From the NCBI GenBank assembly GCA_963677105.1, contig OY781871.1, positions 150,001 through 182,000 of the forward strand: a stretch of DNA of 32,000 nucleotides, in the 5' to 3' direction. The DNA comes from Candidatus Saccharimonadota bacterium (GTDB taxonomy: Bacteria; Patescibacteriota; Gracilibacteria; UBA4473). Below the pieces are notes generated by a model. The model saw only the letters and a list, made by a program, of their open reading frames with translations. It did not search any database and was not told the DNA's origin. Positions 7,024 through 14,916 of the stretch are shown one piece after another (the first letter of the stretch is position 1; each line of letters begins with the position of its first letter). A program made the translations under genes and the position numbers.

Positions 7024-9575
7024 TAAAAAGAGAACCAATTAGTACCATCTGAGTACAACCTCAAAACTCCATAATCAGCAGTTATATCGATTGAACTAGC
7101 ACCATCTATTGTTTGAGATGCCAGCGTATCAACAGTAATATTATTGGTTCCCGCACCTCCAGACTCGTCTTTAACAATGACGATCCGACCTTCTACTGTC
7201 TCTACTGTTGATAATGTAATTGTGCGCGCGACAGAAGTGTCCGTAATACCATAAATCGTTTCATTACCAATACTTCCTCCCACAGAACTTGCTGTACGAT
7301 TTACTAAAAATCTATCATTTAATGTTAACTTTGCATCTATTTCTACTTCTCCTTCAAAATGATTCAGTACCTTCTGTCCTACTTGATAAATACCATAGTT
7401 GTTATCTGCGTTGTCCCCCGTATCTATATATACTCCATAATTATTTGTTACCTTTTCCCCACTTGAACCAATATTTAATGGACTCACTCTATATCCAATA
7501 TGATTTTCCAAGGTATTCTTTGCTGTATCTTCCCAAATACGGTCATGTGCATCGTAATTGATGATGCTTGTTACTTTTGCTGCTGCTTCTGAACCAATTG
7601 CATCAGCTCTATTCGCAATATATTCACTTCCAGTACCAGATAAAATTTCTATTGATATGACATTTTTTATTCCTACACCATATGTAGAATTATCATCAAA
7701 ACGCGTAGAAGACGAAATTGTTGCATCCTCATCAAGATCTATAACACCACTTCTTTTTTCTTGAACGGATAATTTATAACTTGGTGCCGATGTTCCAATT
7801 CCCACTTTTCCACTAGCATCAATAATCATGCGTTCTGATCCCGCGGTATCAAATCTGATTTTGTCTTCGTCTGCTGATTCTTCTACTTGAATTTTTGTAT
7901 CACTGTCTGTATCTGTCACCGCATCTGATGAAATCCCCGCAAGAGCTCCTGTAACAAATGCAGTTGTTGCAATTGAAGTATCATTATCTCCTGTCGTTGG
8001 TGTTGGTGCTGTTGGATCTCCTGTAAATGTTGGACTTGCTATATCTGCTTTATCTGTAGTCAATGTATCGATATTCGTTGCATTGGTAATAATATTCGTC
8101 GTATTTGTCGCAACAGCTCCAGTTTCCAATGCTGATAATTCTGTATCAGTCGCAAGTGTTACTCCCCAAATTGTTTCTACTTCTCCTTGAGTATCCCATT
8201 CACTATCTCTCGTAATCGTACTAGCAATTCTTGCATCTGCCACAGTTCCCGTTGAAATATTTGTTCCAGAAATTCCTGATCCTACGGCTGAACCACTCAA
8301 ACTTCCATCTGCCAAATCACCTAAATATGTATTTAACTCTGTTAATGTATTATTTATCCACGCTGTTCCACTCCATTTCAATATTTCTCCTGCAGAATTA
8401 CTAGTAATTGTTGTATCTGACAAACTATCTAAACTTGAAACAAGCCCTGTCAAACCAGATCCATCTCCCACAAATTCTGTCGCTGTTACTGTTCCATAAA
8501 CATCTAATGAACTTGTTTGAGTTGTTGTTCCTATTTCTACTGTTCCTGCATCTCCATCTATATAAAATGTATTGGGAACCGTAATACCCACAGCCTGTAT
8601 TTCTCCATCTACTTCTAATTCTGTTGATGGTGCTAGTAACCCAATTCCAACTCTATGATTTATTGTATCTACATGTAATGTCATTGTGTCTACAGTAAGT
8701 CCTCCAGAATTTACCACTCCTGCCGTAGTTACATTTGCACTATTGTCTACCACGAAAGAATTTCCACTATCTTTTTCTATATTTATAAGATCTCCAGTTC
8801 CGTACTGTGTTCCCCAAAGTAATGGATCGGTTGTAGAATATCCAGACTCCGTTCCTGTTTCGAAATATGATTTATTTGGTAAACAAATTGCCGGACATGT
8901 TGTCGATTGTGTTCCAGGTAAACCTCCGCCAGTTGTACAAGAAGCACTTTTTTGCCATTCACAACCATTGTCTCCATCTGAACCAGAATCTCCTTCTCCA
9001 TTACCATCACAGTCCAAGTGAGTACTCTTACATCCAGCAGTACAATCTGCTTCCCAAATCACATTCGGTCGTCCCCACGCAGTACTACTATCTCCATTAA
9101 TATAAATCTCACAACCATCTCCATCGGTTGTGCTTCCATCACATTCCTGATAGTTCGCAATACATGTCGCAGAACAAGAGAACGTTGTCGCATTCGCATC
9201 ACAAATTGTTTGACGATGTACATTATAACAAGATGAATCACGCTGACATTTCCAACCGGTTGTTCCCATTGTCGAACAAGTCGCTCCAGAATTTGCCACA
9301 CAATCAAACACAAATCCTCCTCCTAAACCTGAACTTGGATTATATGTTGATGTTGTTCCATCAGAACTAGGAATCGCTGCTTCAATATTTGCTTCTGTGT
9401 CACAATACAATGTGCTTGATGAATAACTACATGCATATGTATTCGCTCCACAATCTTGTGATTGATATGCTGTAGGACATAAAGCAGCATCTTTCACCCA
9501 TACTGCAGCAGATGCTGTCATTGGAAGAACCAATGCCAGTACGGTCATCGAAAGCCTGTATATTTTATTCATCAT
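7023..9575 (-). CDS. Secreted fibre protein (850 aa): signal peptide, Cys-rich N-terminal domain, tail-fibre-like shaft, distinct C-terminal beta-rich domain
   Basis: Track ORF. MMNKIYRLSMTVLALVLPMTASA is a signal peptide. Cys-rich motifs include ANYQECDGSTTDGDGCE and STHLDCDGNGEG..GCE. Shaft motifs include ASPTFTGDPTAPTPTTGDNDTSIATTAFV and DTKIQVEESADEDKIRFDTAGSERMIIDASGKVGIGTSAP. It ends ...ITVDTLASQTIDGASSIDITADYGVLRLYSDGTNWFSF. There is a 4-nt ATGA overlap with the upstream gene. Confidence 0.93.
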   Translation of the reverse strand: MMNKIYRLSMTVLALVLPMTASAAVWVKDAALCPTAYQSQDCGANTYACSYSSSTLYCDTEANIEAAIPSSDGTTSTYNPSSGLGGGFVFDCVANSGATCSTMGTTGWKCQRDSSCYNVHRQTICDANATTFSCSATCIANYQECDGSTTDGDGCEIYINGDSSTAWGRPNVIWEADCTAGCKSTHLDCDGNGEGDSGSDGDNGCEWQKSASCTTGGGLPGTQSTTCPAICLPNKSYFETGTESGYSTTDPLLWGTQYGTGDLINIEKDSGNSFVVDNSANVTTAGVVNSGGLTVDTMTLHVDTINHRVGIGLLAPSTELEVDGEIQAVGITVPNTFYIDGDAGTVEIGTTTQTSSLDVYGTVTATEFVGDGSGLTGLVSSLDSLSDTTITSNSAGEILKWSGTAWINNTLTELNTYLGDLADGSLSGSAVGSGISGTNISTGTVADARIASTITRDSEWDTQGEVETIWGVTLATDTELSALETGAVATNTTNIITNATNIDTLTTDKADIASPTFTGDPTAPTPTTGDNDTSIATTAFVTGALAGISSDAVTDTDSDTKIQVEESADEDKIRFDTAGSERMIIDASGKVGIGTSAPSYKLSVQEKRSGVIDLDEDATISSSTRFDDNSTYGVGIKNVISIEILSGTGSEYIANRADAIGSEAAAKVTSIINYDAHDRIWEDTAKNTLENHIGYRVSPLNIGSSGEKVTNNYGVYIDTGDNADNNYGIYQVGQKVLNHFEGEVEIDAKLTLNDRFLVNRTASSVGGSIGNETIYGITDTSVARTITLSTVETVEGRIVIVKDESGGAGTNNITVDTLASQTIDGASSIDITADYGVLRLYSDGTNWFSF

Positions 9576-12500
9576 TTACAACAAGCAAGATTAAAGGACA
9601 CTCCACAGTTGGACACTTTTCCAGATCCTCCCGTAGTTGTATCTGTTCGCCAGAAACTTCCAAGATATGTACCTCCCACTCCATGTGTCCAACCATTACA
9701 ATCATTTACTGGTAAATCTGCTGGTGAGTATTTTGCTCCTCCAGTACTCATCCACACATCTCCACTCCATCCAGTCAACGTACTCAAATCAGCTACCGTT
9801 TCAATTGTGTACAAAATTTCTGCCTGAGAACATAAGTGACTTCCTGTGTGATCTGCCGCACACAATGCGTTTCCTGATTTATATCCATTCACTCCTAAAT
9901 TTCCTGTGTAAGTTGCAGTTGTTTTTCCAACGAAAACAGAAGCACTCTGTGCCAAAACGGTCGCATACAAATCTGAAACATCTACTCCATCAACAGTTCC
10001 TGAAACAGCAATATTTCCGACTACATCAAGTGCTTCTGTTGGTGTTGTTGTTCCAATTCCTACATTATAATTACCCTCTTCTGATAATAAAATATTCTTA
10101 CCACTCAGACTGCTATCAATTCTTAATACATTTGTGGCATCTGCCTCATCATAAATAATAAATGCATCATCGTATTCATCTGCCATGTTAAAAAATGCAG
10201 GACGATCCCCTGAAACATTTAAACTATAATTTCCTGGTGTTGTCGTACCAATTCCCACATTTCCATCTCCAGAAATTCTCATTGCTTCTCCCATTCCATT
10301 TGTTGAGTCTGAAGTAGAAAAGCTTAATCCCATCTCTCCTTCACCCGTTCCAGCATTTTCAGCAATAAGTTTTATTGCTCCAACATTTTGGTTTCCTGCC
10401 TGCACAATTGTTTTAAAATACAATGCTGACAATTCTGTTCCTGCTGTAAAACTACCGTAAGAATAACCATTAAGCGTTGCATTTACAGAACTGCTTGAAT
10501 TTGAAAGAAGGAGATTCCCAACCACATCTAATGCTTCATTTGGATCCGTTGTACCGATTCCTACATTGCTTCCCTTTGCCGTTAAAATTTCCGTCCCATC
10601 AACCCAAAGTCCCAACGAATCCATTGCATTTCCAGCATAATCTCCCACAAAAATATGATTATCTCCGGTACGATCTCCTTTTTTCAAAACAGGGATACCA
10701 CTTAATGCAATTTCTCCATATACATCCAACTCTTTTATTGGACTTGTCGTTCCAATTCCCACATTTCCACTTGTATCAACCTGCAATCCTGTGTAAGAAA
10801 TCTTGTAAGATTGAGCAGGAGAAACTGTCTGTGAAACAGAAACTGTAAGACTTGTTGATGAATTAAATGCTGTAATTGTTCCGGCACTTCTTCCATCAGC
10901 AAATACAAACTGTGAACCTACCATTGCAGAAGTAAACGTTGTTCCAACTCCTGTAATCGTTGTCGCTAACTGAGAAGCTGTTCCTGTGTCGTATTGCGTT
11001 GGAGTAACAGAAAAAATTCCAGCAGGAGCTCTCGTTCCTATTCCTACATTATAATCTCCTGCTTCTGAAAAAAGAATTGTTTTGGCATCATTATTAATTC
11101 GAAAGGCGTTTTCCCCTTCAGGATCACTATAAATAACAAATGCATCGCTCGTTTCAGATGCTATTGTAAAATACGCCGAACGATCTCCATCAACTTTTAA
11201 CCTATAATCTCCTGGCGTCGTCGTTCCAATTCCTACATTTCCACCTTCAAAAACAAAATTAGCATTCTCCCACCTTAAAAGACCAATGTCAGGATTTTCT
11301 GCATTATTAAATCTTATTCCAAGATCTCCCGCCAGATTATCTGTTTTCAACTCTAAAAAAGCATCATGATCCTCATTATTATAAATTAAAGCCGTTGTTT
11401 CTGAACTACCACTTTCAACTTCCAAGGTTGCCACAGGATCTGTTGTTCCAATTCCCACTTTCCCATTAGTCAATGTCATTACTTCTGCAGAAGTGTCGTC
11501 ATACAATGCTAATCTCGCCCCGGCACCATCAACATCTCCTAACTTTAAGGCGTCATTTACTGAATCATATTGTACAAATGGTGCTCCATTATGCGCTATG
11601 AAATCTCCTACTACATCTAACGCTGCTGCTGGACTCGATGTTCCTATTCCCACGTTTCCTCCATCTTCAATTGTTAAATCAATGCTATTATTTGTTCCTA
11701 ATGCCACAGCTCCACTTCCTAGATTTACTAAATTCATGGAACTTGCTCCTCCATAACCAGTTGCTGTAGAACCAGCCATAAAAAATCCTCCTCGTAAGGC
11801 ACTTGTATCATTTCCAAATTCTAAAACGGCATATGAACTCGGAGTCATTTCTCGAATATTCACTCGTCCATCAAGAACGCTTAATTTTTGACCAGGTGTA
11901 CTCGTCCCAATTCCTACATTTCCATTCTCATCAATAATCATTCGCTCCGTTCCCGCTGTATCAAATCGAATCTTATCTTCATCTGCAGATTCTTCTACTT
12001 GAATCTTCGTATCTTCATCTGCATCTATCACTGAATCTGATGATATACTTCCAAGTGCTCCCGTAACAAAAGCAGTTGTTGCAATCGATGTGTCATTATC
12101 TAATGCTGTTGGCGTTGGTGCTGTTGGGTCTCCCGTAAGTGCTGCATTCGTAAACATCGTTGCCTTGCTTTCATTTGTCACATTTCCCAATCCTAATGAT
12201 GTTCTTACGGTTGCCCCTGTTTCATACGCAAATGTTCCTGCCGTTCCTGTTGACACAATAAATTGACCATCTGTTGCGTCCACCACGTCTAATGTGTTCA
12301 AGTCCTCAAGTATTCCTGTTGTAGTTAATCCTCCAGTTGTAGTTGCTAATCCTCCAGCTGCTGTAACTGTTAATGTATCATCTGTTAACGTTATTCCATC
12401 TCCAACCGCTAAATTTGTTTCATCTGAAATATCTATTTCTGATCCAAGTAAAGAAACACTTGAATCAACCGAAACAAGTCCACTATCTGCTCGTAAAACT

Positions 12501-14899
12501 CCTGTTAATCCAGTTGGCAATGTTACTGTTCCCGTAAAGGTTGGTGAAGCCAATGGTGCTTTTGATAAAAGTTCTGTATTTATTTTTAAAGCACTCCAAA
12601 GATTTGTTGGTAACGTTCCACTGTCATTCAAACTTAATCCACTATCTGTAAGATTCCCATTCGTATCTAATCCAGCCAAGTTTCCATTTGTTGCTCCGGA
12701 TACTTTATCTGCCTTATCTCCTAATACAGAAGTGTTTGTTGAAATATTTGATACATTCGTAGCCACTGTTCCAGATAATGACGAAACATCTACTCCGTCC
12801 ACTAATCCTGCTGTAACAATTCCTCCAACCGTGAGAACATTTGTTGTTGTTGCACCACGATCTGTCACCAAATCTAGCGTATCTACTTCCGTAACGGTAC
12901 TATTTGCAATTTCTGTTTTAATTTTATCTACACTCCAGAAAACATCTGTTCCAGAAGTTGCTGTATCATCTAATCCAACCATCGAAGCCGTAATTCCACT
13001 TACCGTTCCGGTGAATGTTGGACTTTCAAGAAATGCAAATGTTTTTCGCGCAGCTCCCGTAGTAATCGTTCCATAAAAGGCATCATTTAAGAATTCTACA
13101 CTTCCTACTTCTGGCGTCGTCAAAAGATCTCCTGATGTAAATTTCAATGGAGCTGTGTTTGCTGCTGTTGTTCCTGCTTTTAAATGTAAAGCCGCTGTTG
13201 GTGAAGTGGTTCCAATTCCTACATTTCCTGTATGTGATGAACCAGCTGTGTCAATAAAGAAAGGATATGTTGCTACTGAACCATCCCAAGATTTTATTAC
13301 AAAGTCATAGGATGGTGTATAAAATCCATATATACCCGATTCTAAATATCCAAACTTAGAACCGCCTGGCCATTGAATATAATTTTGATTATTTGTTCCC
13401 AGTCTTATGTTTCCAACAACCTCCAAAGCCTCATTTGGCGTTGTCGTTCCAATTCCTACCTTTCCTGCATTATCTATTACCATCTTAGGAGTCACTGCTC
13501 CCCAACCAGTACCAAACGCTAATCCCGTCTCACTCGACCCAAATGTATATCCTCGAACGCTCGCAGCTTCTGTTCCGTTTGTATGAGAAAATACTATTCG
13601 TCCTCCACTTCCCACTGTTCCAGCAGAATAAGTAGATGTTAATTCTAGCGTATCTTGACCATCAGCAGACACTGATAATCCATCTGAAATATGTAATCTT
13701 GTAGATGGGGTTGCTGTTCCAATTCCAACATTTCCGGTCGCATCCACCTGCAATCCCGTATATGAAATTTTATAATCCTGAGAAGAAACAGTTTGCGATT
13801 CTGAAACAGTAAGTTCTGTCGCAGAAGTAAATGCTGTAACAGTTCCTGCACTCGTTCCATCATCAAAGACAAATTGTGATCCAACCATGTCTGACGTAAA
13901 TGTCGTTCCAACTCCAGTAATTGTTGTTCCTGACTGAGAAGCGGTTCCCGTATTGTATTGTTCTGGCGTAACCGACAAAATTCCTGTTGGTGTTGTCGTT
14001 CCAATTCCTACATTCGCATCATTATCTACTACGAAAGAATTTCCACTGTCTTTCTTAAAATTTATTAAATCTCCTGTTCCCAATTGTTTTCCCCAAAGCA
14101 ACGGATTCGATGTCGTATATTCTGCTTCTGTTCCTGTTTCAAAATTTTCTGGCTCAAATGGTACACATGTACATGTTCCTCCAGCTGTTCGATTTCCATT
14201 TGTTCCAGCTCCCGTACAACTTCCTGGCAATCCACCTGAAACCATTGTACAAAGATCACTTGTGTGCCCATTACATCCTTCTACTTCTGGAGTTTCTCCT
14301 GTAACAGTAAAGTAACCACTCGCGCAGGTTCGATCACTACAAGATGTGCTTCCATATAATGTATGTGCTGGAGAGGGTGCTGCCGTTACATTTTTACGAA
14401 TTTCACAGGTTGAATCTGGAGATGCACTACAATTTCGGTATCCGCTGATACAACCTGAATCTGACCCTGCAGCCACTGTTTTACAAGTCGCAGTACCTGC
14501 AACACTTCCCGTACATTGTGTTTCTACATGAGCACTAACACAACTCGTCTTTTGCTGACACTTCCAGTTTGCTGGTGATGGTGTACAAGCACTTGTTCCG
14601 AGACAGTGATAAATATATCCACCATTGGTAGAAAATGATGAATTATGATTTCCTCCCGTAGCAGCTGTTGTTGGCAATGTACCTGTAATCGCTGCCGGCA
14701 ATGAACATGCCGTATAACTACATTGCACTTGTTGTCCGCCCTCTGTTGGACATGGAGCTGATACATCTTCTCGTCCTTGCACACAATTTGCTGGATCTGT
14801 TGCCCAATCATCTCCTGCATAATCAGCTGCCCATACGATTCCCTTCCCCCCCAAGAGGAGAACAAAAAAGATGAGACTGAACAATTTCTTATTCATCAT
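9572..14899 (-). CDS. Giant secreted fibre protein (1775 aa): signal peptide, Cys-rich N-terminal domain, long shaft of NVGIGT repeats, conserved C-terminal Cys-containing '...ACCK' domain
   Basis: Track ORF. MMNKKLFSLIFFVLLLGGKGIVWA is a signal peptide. There are more than 15 copies of (G)NVGIGT(T/S)xP. Other motifs: ESPTFTGTVSGI, DPTAPTPTALDNDTSIATTAFV, DTKIQVEESADEDKIRFDTAG. An internal ~104-aa duplication is present. The C-terminus reads TATYTGNLGVNGYKSGNALCAADHTGSHLCSQAEI...NDCNGWTHG...SFNLACCK. Confidence 0.95.
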   Translation of the reverse strand: MMNKKLFSLIFFVLLLGGKGIVWAADYAGDDWATDPANCVQGREDVSAPCPTEGGQQVQCSYTACSLPAAITGTLPTTAATGGNHNSSFSTNGGYIYHCLGTSACTPSPANWKCQQKTSCVSAHVETQCTGSVAGTATCKTVAAGSDSGCISGYRNCSASPDSTCEIRKNVTAAPSPAHTLYGSTSCSDRTCASGYFTVTGETPEVEGCNGHTSDLCTMVSGGLPGSCTGAGTNGNRTAGGTCTCVPFEPENFETGTEAEYTTSNPLLWGKQLGTGDLINFKKDSGNSFVVDNDANVGIGTTTPTGILSVTPEQYNTGTASQSGTTITGVGTTFTSDMVGSQFVFDDGTSAGTVTAFTSATELTVSESQTVSSQDYKISYTGLQVDATGNVGIGTATPSTRLHISDGLSVSADGQDTLELTSTYSAGTVGSGGRIVFSHTNGTEAASVRGYTFGSSETGLAFGTGWGAVTPKMVIDNAGKVGIGTTTPNEALEVVGNIRLGTNNQNYIQWPGGSKFGYLESGIYGFYTPSYDFVIKSWDGSVATYPFFIDTAGSSHTGNVGIGTTSPTAALHLKAGTTAANTAPLKFTSGDLLTTPEVGSVEFLNDAFYGTITTGAARKTFAFLESPTFTGTVSGITASMVGLDDTATSGTDVFWSVDKIKTEIANSTVTEVDTLDLVTDRGATTTNVLTVGGIVTAGLVDGVDVSSLSGTVATNVSNISTNTSVLGDKADKVSGATNGNLAGLDTNGNLTDSGLSLNDSGTLPTNLWSALKINTELLSKAPLASPTFTGTVTLPTGLTGVLRADSGLVSVDSSVSLLGSEIDISDETNLAVGDGITLTDDTLTVTAAGGLATTTGGLTTTGILEDLNTLDVVDATDGQFIVSTGTAGTFAYETGATVRTSLGLGNVTNESKATMFTNAALTGDPTAPTPTALDNDTSIATTAFVTGALGSISSDSVIDADEDTKIQVEESADEDKIRFDTAGTERMIIDENGNVGIGTSTPGQKLSVLDGRVNIREMTPSSYAVLEFGNDTSALRGGFFMAGSTATGYGGASSMNLVNLGSGAVALGTNNSIDLTIEDGGNVGIGTSSPAAALDVVGDFIAHNGAPFVQYDSVNDALKLGDVDGAGARLALYDDTSAEVMTLTNGKVGIGTTDPVATLEVESGSSETTALIYNNEDHDAFLELKTDNLAGDLGIRFNNAENPDIGLLRWENANFVFEGGNVGIGTTTPGDYRLKVDGDRSAYFTIASETSDAFVIYSDPEGENAFRINNDAKTILFSEAGDYNVGIGTRAPAGIFSVTPTQYDTGTASQLATTITGVGTTFTSAMVGSQFVFADGRSAGTITAFNSSTSLTVSVSQTVSPAQSYKISYTGLQVDTSGNVGIGTTSPIKELDVYGEIALSGIPVLKKGDRTGDNHIFVGDYAGNAMDSLGLWVDGTEILTAKGSNVGIGTTDPNEALDVVGNLLLSNSSSSVNATLNGYSYGSFTAGTELSALYFKTIVQAGNQNVGAIKLIAENAGTGEGEMGLSFSTSDSTNGMGEAMRISGDGNVGIGTTTPGNYSLNVSGDRPAFFNMADEYDDAFIIYDEADATNVLRIDSSLSGKNILLSEEGNYNVGIGTTTPTEALDVVGNIAVSGTVDGVDVSDLYATVLAQSASVFVGKTTATYTGNLGVNGYKSGNALCAADHTGSHLCSQAEILYTIETVADLSTLTGWSGDVWMSTGGAKYSPADLPVNDCNGWTHGVGGTYLGSFWRTDTTTGGSGKVSNCGVSFNLACCK
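10739..11053 (-). repeat. Intragenic duplicated module (copy B, ~105 aa) in the 1775-aa gene
   Basis: YNVGIGTRAPAGIFSVTPTQYDTGTASQLATTITGVGTTFTSAMVGSQFVFADGRSAGTITAFNSSTSLTVSVSQTVSPAQSYKISYTGLQVDTSGNVGIGTTSP aligns along its length with the copy at 13706..14017. Confidence 0.9.
13706..14017 (-). repeat. Intragenic duplicated module (copy A, ~104 aa) in the 1775-aa gene
   Basis: ANVGIGTTTPTGILSVTPEQYNTGTASQSGTTITGVGTTFTSDMVGSQFVFDDGTSAGTVTAFTSATELTVSESQTVSSQDYKISYTGLQVDATGNVGIGTATP. Confidence 0.9.
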
Positions 14900-14916
14900 T
14901 TACAACAGGCTATTTT
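14866..14916. repeat. 51-nt segment spanning the gene junction, identical to 19545..19595
   Basis: The run aaaagatgagactgaacaatttcttattcatcatttacaacaggctatttt occurs at both junctions. Flanks stay similar with few mismatches for roughly 40 nt further on each side. Confidence 0.95.

Noticed and set aside
9575-9994. Diversity-generating retroelement target, because lectin-fold-like variable C-termini in three paralogues resemble DGR variable regions.
   Set aside because: The window contains no reverse transcriptase or Avd-like gene and no template repeat. Differences between the paralogous C-termini are spread over all bases, not confined to adenine-templated positions, and no AAC/AAT codon clustering is seen.
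12294-13076. Long plus-strand ORFs antisense to the fibre genes (for example 12294..13076 at 260 aa, 19918..20457 at 179 aa, 9637..10158 at 173 aa, 10477..10848, 21291..21698), plus many shorter ones.
   Set aside because: They lie entirely inside much longer minus-strand ORFs with clear motif content. Their translations are low-complexity (V/P/S/T- or L/H/Y-rich). They arise from the stop-poor complement of Gly/Thr/Val/Asn-rich repeats.
14846-14852. Homopolymeric G tracts on the coding strand as slipped-strand phase-variation switches. They are G7 in the 1775-aa signal peptide (14846..14852), G6 in the 1560-aa signal peptide (19525..19530) and G7 mid-gene (20621..20627).
   Set aside because: The tracts are short (6-7 nt) and all encode Gly-Gly (GGG GGG). 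They also occur away from the 5' ends, and no length heterogeneity can be assessed from a single sequence. It is worth a glance in read data, but the sequence alone does not support it.
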